Shown here: positions 36,362 through 46,176 of the stretch, in pieces | Layout of the letters: each line of letters opens with the position of its first letter | Position numbering within the stretch: position 1 is the stretch's first letter | DNA from: an uncultured Rikenellaceae bacterium | GTDB lineage: Bacteria; Bacteroidota; Bacteroidia; Bacteroidales; VadinHA17 | Assembly: GCA_964526345.1 (NCBI GenBank) | Contig: CAZGKI010000003.1 | Span: 94,625 to 158,624 of the forward strand | Direction of reading: 5' to 3' | Length of the DNA: 64,000 nt | Notes under the pieces: generated by a model | Seen by the model: only the letters and a program-made list of their open reading frames with translations | The model's database searches: none | What the model was told of the DNA's origin: nothing | Program-made: the position numbers and the translations under genes

Positions 36362-37882
36362 ATGAATAATAAAAAAACATTTTTAATGATCCTCGACGGG
36401 TGGGGTATAGGAGATGGCACTAAAGCAGATGTAATCAGTGTTGTACCCACGCCAAACATCACTACATTAAAGAAAAATTATCCGAACAACAGGCTTTTTG
36501 CCTGTGGTGAGGATGTAGGGTTACCTGACGGACAGATGGGTAATTCGGAAGTGGGACACCTGAATATAGGAGCGGGAAGAATAATTTACCAGGACCTTGT
36601 GAAAATAAACAAGGAATGCAGGACAGGCGAAATAAAACATAACAAAATATTGAAAGATGCATTTTCCTATGCCCGCGACAACAATAAACAGGTTCATTTT
36701 CTTGGACTTATGTCCGATGGAGGAGTTCACTCACTAGATAAGCATCTGTATTATCTCTGCGACATGACCATGGATTATGGTCTGAAAAATGTTTTTATTC
36801 ATGGTTTTGGTGATGGAAGGGATACTGATCCGCGCAGCGGCAAAGGATATATGAAAAACCTCCTCGACCATTTAAAAAAATCAAACGGGGAAGTGGCATC
36901 TTTTATCGGAAGATACTATGCAATGGACAGGGATAAAAGGTGGGAAAGGATCAAAAAAGGGTACGACCTGATTGTAAACGGAAAAGGAACACCGGCAACC
37001 GATATTCTTGATGCGATGCAGAAGTCGTATGACCAGGGTGTAACTGACGAATTCATGAAACCGATAATAGTGGTTAATAATGAAGGGAATCCGGTCGGGA
37101 AAGTTAAAGAAGGAGATGTGATCATCTTTTTCAATTTCAGGAATGACAGGGCAAAAGAGCTCACTATTGTGCTTACACAGAAAGATATGCCGGAAAACAG
37201 CATGAAAACGATACCATTATATTATTGTACGATGACCCCTTATGATGCAACCTTTAAAGGGCTTCATGTTATTTATCCAAAGGAGAATGCCGACAATACT
37301 ATTGGAGAGGTGCTGGCTGCAGCGGGTAAGACACAGCTCAGGATTGCTGAAACAGAAAAATATGCTCATGTGACATTTTTCTTTTCCGGGGGAAGAGAAG
37401 AAAAATTTGAAAATGAGGATCGAATTCTTATACCCTCGCCCAAAGTGGCGACATACGATCTCCAGCCGGAGATGAGCGCCTATCTGGTTAAAGATGCGGT
37501 TATTAAGGCAATTGAGACAGAAAAATATGATTTTATATGCCTCAATTTTGCAAATGGCGATATGGTAGGCCACACCGGGGTTTATGAAGCAATTATGAAA
37601 GCGGTAGCGACCATTGATGAGGTTGCCGGGGCAGTAGTCTCTGCTGCTCGCAGCAAGGGCTATGAAGTACTTATTATTGCCGATCATGGCAATGCAGATA
37701 AGGCTTTAAATGAAGATGGTACTCCCAACACTGCACATTCTCTCAATCCGGTTCCATGTATACTGGTTAGTGATGATTATAAAGAAATTAAAGAGGGGAT
37801 ACTTGCCGATGTGGCACCTACATTGCTGAAAATCATGGGGATACAGATACCGAAGGAAATGACTGGGAAAATACTTGTTTAA
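36362..37882 (+). CDS. gpmI: 2,3-bisphosphoglycerate-independent phosphoglycerate mutase
   Basis: 506 aa with [21 protein letters not shown] and ADHGNA motifs. Confidence 0.93.
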   Translation: MNNKKTFLMILDGWGIGDGTKADVISVVPTPNITTLKKNYPNNRLFACGEDVGLPDGQMGNSEVGHLNIGAGRIIYQDLVKINKECRTGEIKHNKILKDAFSYARDNNKQVHFLGLMSDGGVHSLDKHLYYLCDMTMDYGLKNVFIHGFGDGRDTDPRSGKGYMKNLLDHLKKSNGEVASFIGRYYAMDRDKRWERIKKGYDLIVNGKGTPATDILDAMQKSYDQGVTDEFMKPIIVVNNEGNPVGKVKEGDVIIFFNFRNDRAKELTIVLTQKDMPENSMKTIPLYYCTMTPYDATFKGLHVIYPKENADNTIGEVLAAAGKTQLRIAETEKYAHVTFFFSGGREEKFENEDRILIPSPKVATYDLQPEMSAYLVKDAVIKAIETEKYDFICLNFANGDMVGHTGVYEAIMKAVATIDEVAGAVVSAARSKGYEVLIIADHGNADKALNEDGTPNTAHSLNPVPCILVSDDYKEIKEGILADVAPTLLKIMGIQIPKEMTGKILV

Positions 37883-37908
37883 TTATTTGATTTATATCGA
37901 GTTAACAC

Positions 37909-38037
37909 CTCCGTGGTCCTCTGTGTTTTTTATCTGCCGAAGCTTTAGCTGAGGCAGACTCTGTGGTTCTCTGTGTAATAATATAAATTGAAGAACTTAC
38001 ACAGAGGTTCACAGAGCAGGCACAGAGATTCACAGAG
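37909..38037. repeat. Complete gene-less copy of the heptamer/hairpin element
   Basis: CTCCGTG lies at 37909 and CTCTGTG at 37919. A T-run precedes the hairpin TCTGCC-N14-GGCAGA (37933-37958). CTCTGTG follows at 37959 and 37969, then a 24-nt AT spacer ending GAAGAACTTA. CACAGAG then occurs at 38000, 38010, 38021 and 38031 (spacing 10-11-10). Confidence 0.95.
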
Positions 38038-38048
38038 AGCAACCATTA

Positions 38049-38642
38049 ATGATCAGTGGAATGCTCCGGATAGAAGACACCATATTGAGCTTTGACGTAC
38101 TAGAGAAGAAATTCAAATGCGATCTGCCGCATTGCCTTGGAAATTGTTGCCGGTACGGTGATTCCGGTGCACCTTTGACGAGTGATGAAAAACAAGTACT
38201 CGGTGAGATATGGCCTCTGGTAAAACCCTATCTGAGACGCGAAGGTATCAAAGTGATTGGAGATCTTGGAACAAGTATTGTCGATTCAGAAAATGACAGG
38301 GTGACACCTCTTATTAATAATGAAGAATGTGCCTACACAATTCTCGAGGGTAATATTTTTATGTGTGGAATAGAAAAAGCATGGTCGGAAGGAAAAATCA
38401 GCTTCAGAAAACCTCTGTCATGCCACCTATTCCCTGTACGGATAAAAATTTTTTCAGGATTCAGGGCTGTTAATTATGAGGAACTTCAAATCTGTTCATG
38501 TGCCCGCGAGAAAGGATCAGGAGAAGGAATTTATATTTATGAATTTCTTAAAGAACCGCTGATCAGGGCACTGGGTCAGGGGATCTATGGGAAGCTTTGT
38601 GAAGCTGCAAACGAATTACGGAAAAGAAATAAAATCGGGTAA
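38049..38642 (+). CDS. Cys-rich DUF3109-like protein
   Basis: 197 aa. The N-terminal pattern LSFDVLEKKFKCDLPHCLGNCCRYGDSGAPL matches my memory of DUF3109. An alternative ATG lies at 38061. Confidence 0.6.
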   Translation: MISGMLRIEDTILSFDVLEKKFKCDLPHCLGNCCRYGDSGAPLTSDEKQVLGEIWPLVKPYLRREGIKVIGDLGTSIVDSENDRVTPLINNEECAYTILEGNIFMCGIEKAWSEGKISFRKPLSCHLFPVRIKIFSGFRAVNYEELQICSCAREKGSGEGIYIYEFLKEPLIRALGQGIYGKLCEAANELRKRNKIG

Positions 38643-38715
38643 AGTTATTTTATATTAAATGACTATCTGGAAAGATTAAAATAAACTTATTATATAATAG
38701 CAAGCATAAATAAGA

Positions 38716-38900
38716 GATTCCTCACTTCGTTCGGAATGACAGGTTCATGGGCAGAGAGCAAGGGAAGAAGTGGCGATTCGCCAGAGTTCTTTTTATTCTT
38801 TTGCAAGTCAGAAGCGAATCGCCACTTCTTCCTATTTACCTTAATTAATGACTTGTCATTCCGAGCGTTAGCGAGGAACCGAGTCCCGCTTAGGCGGGAC
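38716..38900. repeat. Nested palindromic element (GTCATTCCGAGCG...GAGGAA family)
   Basis: The outer imperfect inverted repeat is GATTCCTCACTTCGTTCGGAATGACAG (38716-38742) with CTTGTCATTCCGAGCGTTAGCGAGGAACC (38852-38880). The inner perfect 19-bp inverted repeat is GGAAGAAGTGGCGATTCGC (38763-38781) with GCGAATCGCCACTTCTTCC (38814-38832). An extra hairpin, GTCCCGC-ttag-GCGGGAC, lies at 38883-38900. Confidence 0.9.
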
Positions 38901-39130
38901 GAGCTCATCGAAAGTAATCCTATTCACACTGCACAAATATATTTAAAATTTTATTTCGGACTTAATTATTATATCGTCTAAATTTATTTAGGAGAATTTA
39001 CAATTACTTTAATATTAACGAGAAACTGATTTATATCATAAAAGTCACAGGTTAAAAAAGCTTTCGCATGCTGATTATATCACTTAATGAAAAATTAATG
39101 ACTTTAATTTTGTTTTTGTAAAAAAACAGG

Positions 39131-39138
39131 TATCTTTG
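39131..39138 (+). promoter_or_regulatory. Candidate -7 box (TATCTTTG) for the susC-like operon, with TTTG -33-like motifs at 39109/39115
   Basis: Exact TAnnTTTG, 32 nt upstream of the susC-like ATG. A TTTG lies 18 nt upstream of the box. Confidence 0.45.
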
Positions 39139-39170
39139 GCAGGTTAACTTAAAACCTAAAACTAATTCGT

Positions 39171-42100
39171 ATGAAGAAACTATTTCTGCTGATTGTTTTG
39201 TTTGTGTTTGCGGGAGCTACCCTATTGGCACAGACAAAAGTCATTACAGGTACGGTTACCTCTTCAGTTGAAGGGGAAGGTGCAATTCCCGGTGTATCTG
39301 TCTCTGTTACCGGTACCACGATTGGTGCACTTACAGATATTAATGGGAAGTACTCTTTACCTAATGTTCCACAGAATGCGACTTCGCTTACTTTTTCCTA
39401 TATCGGGATGAAGAAACAGGAAGTTCAGATTGGTGGCAGCTCCGTAATTGACGTGGTAATGGAGCCTGATATTCTGGGCTTGAATGAAGTTGTTGTAACT
39501 GCTTTTGGTATAAAGAGACCGGCGAAAGAACTTGGTGTTGCTACAGCTCAAGTGTCTGATAAAGAGCTTACACAGGCAGGCGTAAGTAATGTTGTGAATG
39601 GTCTGACCGCAAAAGTTTCAGGATTGCAGATTAACACAGTAAATAACGGTGTTAACCCGGATACAAGGATCACCCTGAGAGGAAACAGACACTTTCTGGC
39701 TAGTAACCAGGCTCTGGTTGTACTTGATGGTGTGCCTGTAAGTGCGACTTACCTTAACTCCATAAACCCGAACGACATTGCAAATGTTAACGTTCTTAAA
39801 GGAGCAAGTGCTTCGGCTCTTTATGGTAATGATGCATCCAACGGAGTTATTGTGATCACTACCCGCAGGGGAACAGGCAATACTCCTGTAATAAAGATAA
39901 GTAATACGACAACCTTTGAAACAATCTCCTACCTTCCGAAACTGCAGAATCGTTTTGGTGCTGGTTCCGGTGAGGATACTGTAAACTATCTGCCGCAATA
40001 TACTTTCTGGATTGGGCGCGACCGTCAAACAGATCCTTATACTACTTATGAAAACCAGAGTTGGGGTCCGGAACTTAACGGTCAAATGGTAATGCTGGGA
40101 GGTGTCCTTGCAGATGGCTCATATCAGATGATCCCATATAGTGCTGTGCCAAATCAGAAAAGGAAATTTTTTGATACTGGTATTTCAACGCAGAATGATG
40201 TTTCATTTTCTATGGGAAATGCCGACAACAATTTTTACATCTCTATCCAGGATGTTAATACCACAGGTACAATTCCAAAAGATAAGAACAGAAGAACAGG
40301 TTTCCGTGTTGCAGGAGCAAGAACAACAGGTATGTTCCATGCAGATTATTCATTAGGTTATTCTCAAACCAATACAGATGTTTCTGGCGATGACTTTTTC
40401 CAGCAGAGACCTGTTTACTGGATGGTCCTGAATACACCTGTCGAAATCGACCTGACTAACTATAAAGATATTGTCAATAATAAGTTTGCAAATCATAATG
40501 GCTTTTTTAACGGCTATTATGCCAACCCTTACTGGGTAATTGATAATTCGCGGAATCAAACCAGGGCAGATAATTTACTTGGTTCCGCAACTCTGGGGTT
40601 GAAACCGGCAGAATGGATTGACATTTCATACCGTGGAGGTCTGATCTATAATACAAACGACAGATCCTATTACAGAAATGGTTGTGTATTTGAATCATAT
40701 TACCTTTCTGACCCGTGGCAAGCCGGCGGTTCTCCAACAGGATCTCCTTATGCCGGAGTGACCAATGAATCGTTGTCAAGCAGTTTTATTTTAACCGGCG
40801 ACCTCCTGGTCCAGCTGAATCATAAATTCGGCGATATTACAAGCAAGGTTATTCTTGGTAACTCGATGTATACCAACAAATACAGGTATGTTTATGTTGC
40901 GAATAACTCTATTGTGATTCCTTTCTTGTATAACGTTGATAACCGTCTTGGAGAACCTGGTGTCGACCAGCAACATTTAAATCGTAGTTCAATTGGAGTA
41001 TTTGGTGATGTGACACTTGGTTACAGGGACTTTGCATTCCTTCATGCTTCAGTCCGTAACGACTGGGATTCAAGATTGACAAAAGAAAACCGTTCATTCC
41101 TTTATCCGGGAGTTGATGCCAGCGTTATTATGACAGATGCCATCCCTTCTCTTAAAAGTGATATCCTGACTTTCATGAAAATTCGGGGTGGCTGGTCACA
41201 AACAGGGCAGATTGCATTGAGTAACTGGTACGCCACATTGCCTTCTTTCGATGTAGGACCAGGCTTCCCGTATGGCAGTACAACTGGTTTCAATCTCAGC
41301 ACAACACTTAGCAATCCTTTGCTAAAACCTGAGATCACACAGGAAATAGAAGCCGGTTTTGAACTCAGTTTTCTCAAGAACAGGATACATCTTGAAGTAA
41401 ATGGTTATCAGTCCAAAACCAAAGATCAGACAATACCTGCAACAATATCCTATGCAACAGGATATGCCAGCGCTTATATTAATGCAGGTGAACTTCAGAC
41501 ACAGGGACTCGAAACAGACCTGAGACTTACTCCGCTTCTTAACCTTGGAGATTTTGTCTGGGATGTCACGGTAGCATATACTTATAATACCAGCAAAGTG
41601 CTTTCCATTATGGAAGGACTGGATGAGCTTCCTATTCAGGATGCCTCATATGCCATTAAAGGTGAACAGTTTCCTGCAATAAAAATATCAGATCTGAAAA
41701 GAGATCCCCAGGGCCATATAATTGTTGATGCCATTACAGGCATGCCGATAAAAAGCTCAGAACTGACGGTGTACGGACATGGTAACCCGAATCACATTCT
41801 CGGCATCACCAGTACACTAAGCTGGAAGGGTTTGGTCTTAAACGCTGTTGCAGATTACAGGAGCGGTAACGTTATTGTTAACGATGTTGGTTCTGACCTG
41901 AGTTTCACTGGTACATCGTGGTTCTCAGCACAGAACGGCAGACAGAATTTTGTGATACCTAACTCTGTAATTGAAGTGTCAGATGGTGTTTATCAGCCAA
42001 ATACAAATATAATTACCCGCACTGCAGCACAGAAATTCTGGTATAATGGCGATATTAACGCGGTAGAGAGTACATACACTACCAGTGCTGCATTCTGGAA

Positions 42101-42341
42101 ATTAAGAGAGGTGTCTCTTTCCTATGATGTGCCTGTTAAGAATATACTGGGAGGCGCAATAAAAGATGCCCAGATTGGTATCGTAGGGAGAAACCTTCTG
42201 ATGTTCAGGCCGGTAACTAACGTATGGACAGATCCTGAATTCAATACCCGTGGTGGAACAAGTAATGCGGTAGGTTATACTGACGTTTATCAGACCCCGC
42301 CAACAAGAATTTACGGATTTAGTGTTAAACTTACTTTCTAA
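39171..42341 (+). CDS. SusC/RagA-family TonB-dependent outer membrane transporter
   Basis: 1056 aa. It has a signal peptide, a CarboxypepD_reg-like N-domain (ITGTVTSS...IPGVSVSV), a plug (VVVTAFGIKR), and a barrel ending ...YGFSVKLTF. There is no STN (anti-sigma signalling) domain. Confidence 0.92.
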   Translation: MKKLFLLIVLFVFAGATLLAQTKVITGTVTSSVEGEGAIPGVSVSVTGTTIGALTDINGKYSLPNVPQNATSLTFSYIGMKKQEVQIGGSSVIDVVMEPDILGLNEVVVTAFGIKRPAKELGVATAQVSDKELTQAGVSNVVNGLTAKVSGLQINTVNNGVNPDTRITLRGNRHFLASNQALVVLDGVPVSATYLNSINPNDIANVNVLKGASASALYGNDASNGVIVITTRRGTGNTPVIKISNTTTFETISYLPKLQNRFGAGSGEDTVNYLPQYTFWIGRDRQTDPYTTYENQSWGPELNGQMVMLGGVLADGSYQMIPYSAVPNQKRKFFDTGISTQNDVSFSMGNADNNFYISIQDVNTTGTIPKDKNRRTGFRVAGARTTGMFHADYSLGYSQTNTDVSGDDFFQQRPVYWMVLNTPVEIDLTNYKDIVNNKFANHNGFFNGYYANPYWVIDNSRNQTRADNLLGSATLGLKPAEWIDISYRGGLIYNTNDRSYYRNGCVFESYYLSDPWQAGGSPTGSPYAGVTNESLSSSFILTGDLLVQLNHKFGDITSKVILGNSMYTNKYRYVYVANNSIVIPFLYNVDNRLGEPGVDQQHLNRSSIGVFGDVTLGYRDFAFLHASVRNDWDSRLTKENRSFLYPGVDASVIMTDAIPSLKSDILTFMKIRGGWSQTGQIALSNWYATLPSFDVGPGFPYGSTTGFNLSTTLSNPLLKPEITQEIEAGFELSFLKNRIHLEVNGYQSKTKDQTIPATISYATGYASAYINAGELQTQGLETDLRLTPLLNLGDFVWDVTVAYTYNTSKVLSIMEGLDELPIQDASYAIKGEQFPAIKISDLKRDPQGHIIVDAITGMPIKSSELTVYGHGNPNHILGITSTLSWKGLVLNAVADYRSGNVIVNDVGSDLSFTGTSWFSAQNGRQNFVIPNSVIEVSDGVYQPNTNIITRTAAQKFWYNGDINAVESTYTTSAAFWKLREVSLSYDVPVKNILGGAIKDAQIGIVGRNLLMFRPVTNVWTDPEFNTRGGTSNAVGYTDVYQTPPTRIYGFSVKLTF

Positions 42342-42359
42342 GTAGAAAAACTAAAAAAA

Positions 42360-43847
42360 ATGAAGAAACTAATTATAATTTTAACTGTACTGCTTGTCCT
42401 GGGAAGTTCATGTAAGGATTTCCTTACAGTTAATGAAACGAACCCCAATTCAGCATCTGTTGTTCCGGCAAACCTTATGCTTCCGGCGGCCCTTAACTCA
42501 ACAGCCGATATTTATAACAATCCATTCAACTTCATCTTTGTTTATATGTGGCACGGCTGTTTTTCAGTATATAGCAACTATGTCGCAAATACTACTCTGA
42601 CCCAGTATAACCTGCTTAACAGTTCATACCAGGCCAGATGGTCCAATATCTACCTCAACCTTCAGAATTATGATTATCTTGATAAGATATCCTCGGATCC
42701 TAAAGATTGTTATTTCAGTGCTATAGCCAAGATCATGAAGGCTTACCAATTTCAGAATCTTGTAGATATATGGGGTGATGTCCCGTATACCGAAGCCCTC
42801 AGATCAAATGAAGGAATTCTGAAGCCCAAATATGATGATCAGCAGGATATTTATGAGGATCTGGTACTTCAGCTTGATGTGGCAATGAATCTTATAAGCA
42901 ATGCTCCTGCTGATGTAAATGAAGTGGGTGACGATGATATAATGTTCGGTGGAGACATGAATCTCTGGTGGAAATTTGCCAATACGGTAAAATTGAGAAT
43001 TCTTGTAAATCAGTCAGGAATGACCGACAGGAGTACCTATATAACTACTGCACTTGCAACACAGCCGCATACAACAGCTGATTTCCTGGGGGTAGATGAA
43101 AGCGCAACTGTGAATCCGGGCTATGTAAAGTCTGCAGATAAGATGAATCCTTTCTGGGAGACTTTTTACAAGCAGGATGACTCGCAACAGGCCGACGGAT
43201 TGACTTATTTTGCAGCAAACCAGGATGCATGCGATTTTCTCGGTGATAATAACGATCACCGCGCTGACAGATTCTTTGTTCCCAATTCAGCAGGTATCGT
43301 CAGAGGTAACTATTATGGTGCAACCACAACTATTACTTCTTCTCTCACTTCTGCATTGGGCCCGGGTCTGATTCGGTCATACGATCAGGATGCCATAATA
43401 ATGCCCGATTTCGAAAGCCTCTTTCTTCAGGCTGAAGCTGCACAGAGAGGATTTATTAGCGGCGATGCAAAAACACTTTACGAGAGCGCTGTTACAAGAT
43501 CTTTTATTTATATGGGAGGGCCATTCGGAAATGCTGGAGCTGCAGGTGTTTATCTGGCTCAGAGCAGCAAGCCGCTGGTCAATTTTGATGCAGCAACAGA
43601 TAAGATTCAGACAATTCTTACTCAGAAATGGCTCTCGCTTATAGGCATCAGCCCCATGTCATTATGGACTGATTACAGAAGGTCAGGTTATCCAGATTTC
43701 ATCCATTGGTCACAAGATGCCAATAAGAAAAACGAAACACCTCCTGTTAGGTTGTTATATCCTCAGACAGAACTGAACGTTAACAATGATAACGTTCCTA
43801 AGAGTATTAGCGCGTTTACATCAAAAATATTCTGGCAGAACCGTTAA
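42360..43847 (+). CDS. SusD/RagB-family outer-membrane lipoprotein
   Basis: 495 aa with the lipobox LGSSC. It lies immediately downstream of susC, and its C-terminal region (WTDYRRSGYP) is typical of SusD-like proteins. Confidence 0.88.
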   Translation: MKKLIIILTVLLVLGSSCKDFLTVNETNPNSASVVPANLMLPAALNSTADIYNNPFNFIFVYMWHGCFSVYSNYVANTTLTQYNLLNSSYQARWSNIYLNLQNYDYLDKISSDPKDCYFSAIAKIMKAYQFQNLVDIWGDVPYTEALRSNEGILKPKYDDQQDIYEDLVLQLDVAMNLISNAPADVNEVGDDDIMFGGDMNLWWKFANTVKLRILVNQSGMTDRSTYITTALATQPHTTADFLGVDESATVNPGYVKSADKMNPFWETFYKQDDSQQADGLTYFAANQDACDFLGDNNDHRADRFFVPNSAGIVRGNYYGATTTITSSLTSALGPGLIRSYDQDAIIMPDFESLFLQAEAAQRGFISGDAKTLYESAVTRSFIYMGGPFGNAGAAGVYLAQSSKPLVNFDAATDKIQTILTQKWLSLIGISPMSLWTDYRRSGYPDFIHWSQDANKKNETPPVRLLYPQTELNVNNDNVPKSISAFTSKIFWQNR

Positions 43848-43861
43848 CCTGAAATTAATAA

Positions 43862-44782
43862 ATGTATAAAATGAAGAATATGAAAACTAAAATATTTTTA
43901 ACCTTATCCTTTCTGGCTATGGTTTTTATAATCAGTTCCTGCCTGAAAGATGATGTTGGGATTAACTGGACTGCTTCCCTCAAAGGGAAGATGTACGCTG
44001 AGTTCCCGAGCAATGGAGCCAATACATTTGTCATCCAGCCGGTAGCTACTGATCAGGTCTTTAAAGTCCTTGTCAATATTGCTACAGATGCGTTGCCTAC
44101 ATCAGATATTTCATTGACATTTGTCGTTGATCAGGATGCAATGGAGACATATAGTGATGATTTACAGGCAGCAGATACTTCAATGCATTGGAGATATAAG
44201 TTGTATCCCGGAGCCACAATTCTTGACCAAACGCTTGTGATCAAGAAAGGAACAAGAAATGCTTATATGCATGTCAAACTACCAGAGGCCGATACACTTA
44301 ATCTGAATACAAAATACATGTTTCCTGTTACCATATCAACTGTTACAGGCGGAGTAATAATTGCAGCAAACAAAAAGACTGTCCTTTACAGGCTTCCTGT
44401 AGCAAATAAATGGGAAGGAACCTATAAAGGGAAAGGATATATTCTGAGGGATGCTCCTTTCGATCCTGTGCTATCTGGAAACCGCAAATTTAATGTTAAG
44501 TTAGCTACTTTGGGTCCAAATTCTGTTGTGTGGACTTCTACGCACATATGGGGTGACGGTGTTGGTGGTGTCGGCGGAATAGGTAACTGGGAGATCACAA
44601 TTAACGAATCTACGGTACCCAATCCACTTTCGCTTGTGGATCCCGATAACGCTACTGTTGGCTTGCTCCCGGGCTTCCAAAGCAGGTATGAACCATCTGA
44701 AAGGACGTTTTATATTTATGCTGTATGGTCCGGAGGTATAAGGCAGGAATTGGATACACTCGTATACTATGGGCCATATTAG
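43862..44782 (+). CDS. PUL-associated surface lipoprotein (DUF1735-like?), unknown function
   Basis: 306 aa with the lipobox IISSC. It is beta-rich and third in the Sus-like operon. The family guess is weak. Confidence 0.6.
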   Translation: MYKMKNMKTKIFLTLSFLAMVFIISSCLKDDVGINWTASLKGKMYAEFPSNGANTFVIQPVATDQVFKVLVNIATDALPTSDISLTFVVDQDAMETYSDDLQAADTSMHWRYKLYPGATILDQTLVIKKGTRNAYMHVKLPEADTLNLNTKYMFPVTISTVTGGVIIAANKKTVLYRLPVANKWEGTYKGKGYILRDAPFDPVLSGNRKFNVKLATLGPNSVVWTSTHIWGDGVGGVGGIGNWEITINESTVPNPLSLVDPDNATVGLLPGFQSRYEPSERTFYIYAVWSGGIRQELDTLVYYGPY

Positions 44783-44827
44783 GGTACTGGTAACTGATAT
44801 TAAAACCTGAAATAAAAAAATCATTAT

Positions 44828-46096
44828 ATGAAAAGGAAAGCTTTAATTTTTGTAATGCTGTTGTTCTTCTCAGGCACATTTGTTTTCCAAAGCTGCGAAG
44901 AGGAATCAACACTGGTTAAAACATATAACGCCTTTACTATTCCTGAACCGATAGCTCCTGCAAATGGTGCTTTTTTGAGTCCTGCAGGAACTACGGTCGA
45001 ATTGCAATGGTCATCGACTAATGCTGATGGAGATCCCCAGAACTGGGATGTTTATTTTGGTCCATCGGAAGATCCGGCAAAAGTCATAACTGGCAATACA
45101 TCACAGTCATATACAGTAACCGTTGCTATAGGAACAAAGTATTACTGGCGAGTTGTTGGCTGGGATAAAAACGGAGTGCCCACAAATAGCGATATCTGGA
45201 GCTTTGAAATAGTTGATCCGGATTCTCCTCTTAATGTAAAAATGGAATGGTCTACAAATGTAAAGGATGTTATTGGTCTGGACCTGAAACCACAAGTTGC
45301 TGCTAATTTAAGAATGATAATCTTTAAGCCGGACAGTACACTTTTAACTACAGTGAATACTACCGAATTTGAAGAGTATTCATTTAACAGCTTAATGGCA
45401 GATGGTAAGTACTTTATTATAGCCGATCTGGCATCAAGTATAGATGCTGGTGATTTTACTGAGACATTTGATATAGACATCAAACTAACTTTTAGTCAGA
45501 GAGGTATAATATTTAAGTCATTTGAGTTTCCAGTTGTGATGAACACTCAGAATCCATGTCCTCTGTATTCGACTTTACTGACTTCAATTACAAAAACAGG
45601 ATCAAGTTATGCTCTTAAAGATGCATTGCAGAGTGTAACGCCACCGGTGATAACCTGGTATGGAACAGATGCAACATATCCAAGTGAGGTTACAACAACT
45701 GAAAGTTGTGTTGCCAAGACAATGAGTATGCTTGGGAACGGCTGGATGTTCGATTGGTGGGGAGAAACTATCGTCAAAGGGGGCACACTTAATTATACTA
45801 TTGATGGATCAGGTAATATTACCATCCCATTCCAGTATTATTGTACTACTACATATGGTGGTACTGTTCAACCTGACTATTCTATTCAGGGTACTGGTAC
45901 GGTTGATAATACTGGAGCTTATCCTGTTTGGACATTACATTACGATTTTCAGCAAGCGGGTACCTGGATCGGTCATTATTGTTTCCTGAATTATGGTTGG
46001 GAACAAGATGGGTTCGATGCCGTAATTACAACAGAACCTGACCCTGGTAAAAAAGGCGGAACTATGTCAATACGACCACCTAAACCAGTGAGATAA
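44828..46096 (+). CDS. PUL-associated lipoprotein with an N-terminal Ig/FN3-like domain, unknown function
   Basis: 422 aa with the lipobox VFQSC. ELQWSSTNADGDPQNWDVYFG...YYWRVVGWDKNG...WSFEI is a recurrent Ig-like module of Bacteroidota lipoproteins. Confidence 0.6.
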   Translation: MKRKALIFVMLLFFSGTFVFQSCEEESTLVKTYNAFTIPEPIAPANGAFLSPAGTTVELQWSSTNADGDPQNWDVYFGPSEDPAKVITGNTSQSYTVTVAIGTKYYWRVVGWDKNGVPTNSDIWSFEIVDPDSPLNVKMEWSTNVKDVIGLDLKPQVAANLRMIIFKPDSTLLTTVNTTEFEEYSFNSLMADGKYFIIADLASSIDAGDFTETFDIDIKLTFSQRGIIFKSFEFPVVMNTQNPCPLYSTLLTSITKTGSSYALKDALQSVTPPVITWYGTDATYPSEVTTTESCVAKTMSMLGNGWMFDWWGETIVKGGTLNYTIDGSGNITIPFQYYCTTTYGGTVQPDYSIQGTGTVDNTGAYPVWTLHYDFQQAGTWIGHYCFLNYGWEQDGFDAVITTEPDPGKKGGTMSIRPPKPVR

Positions 46097-46119
46097 TTAC
46101 TGAAATATTTAAATTAAAT

Positions 46120-46152
46120 AGGATGCCTCATTACAGGCATCCTATTTTTTTT
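46120..46152. terminator. Bidirectional intrinsic terminator between convergent operons
   Basis: AGGATGCCT (46120-46128), loop CATTAC, then AGGCATCCT (46135-46143) followed by ATTTTTTTT. An A-rich tract upstream serves the opposite strand. Confidence 0.8.
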
Positions 46153-46176
46153 ATGATATTAAAACAGGATGAGGTA

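Noticed and set aside
38690-38981. Two overlapping ORFs on opposite strands (72 and 81 aa)
   Set aside because: They are mirror-image translations of the nested palindrome. Their symmetry is a property of the DNA repeat, not of coding.
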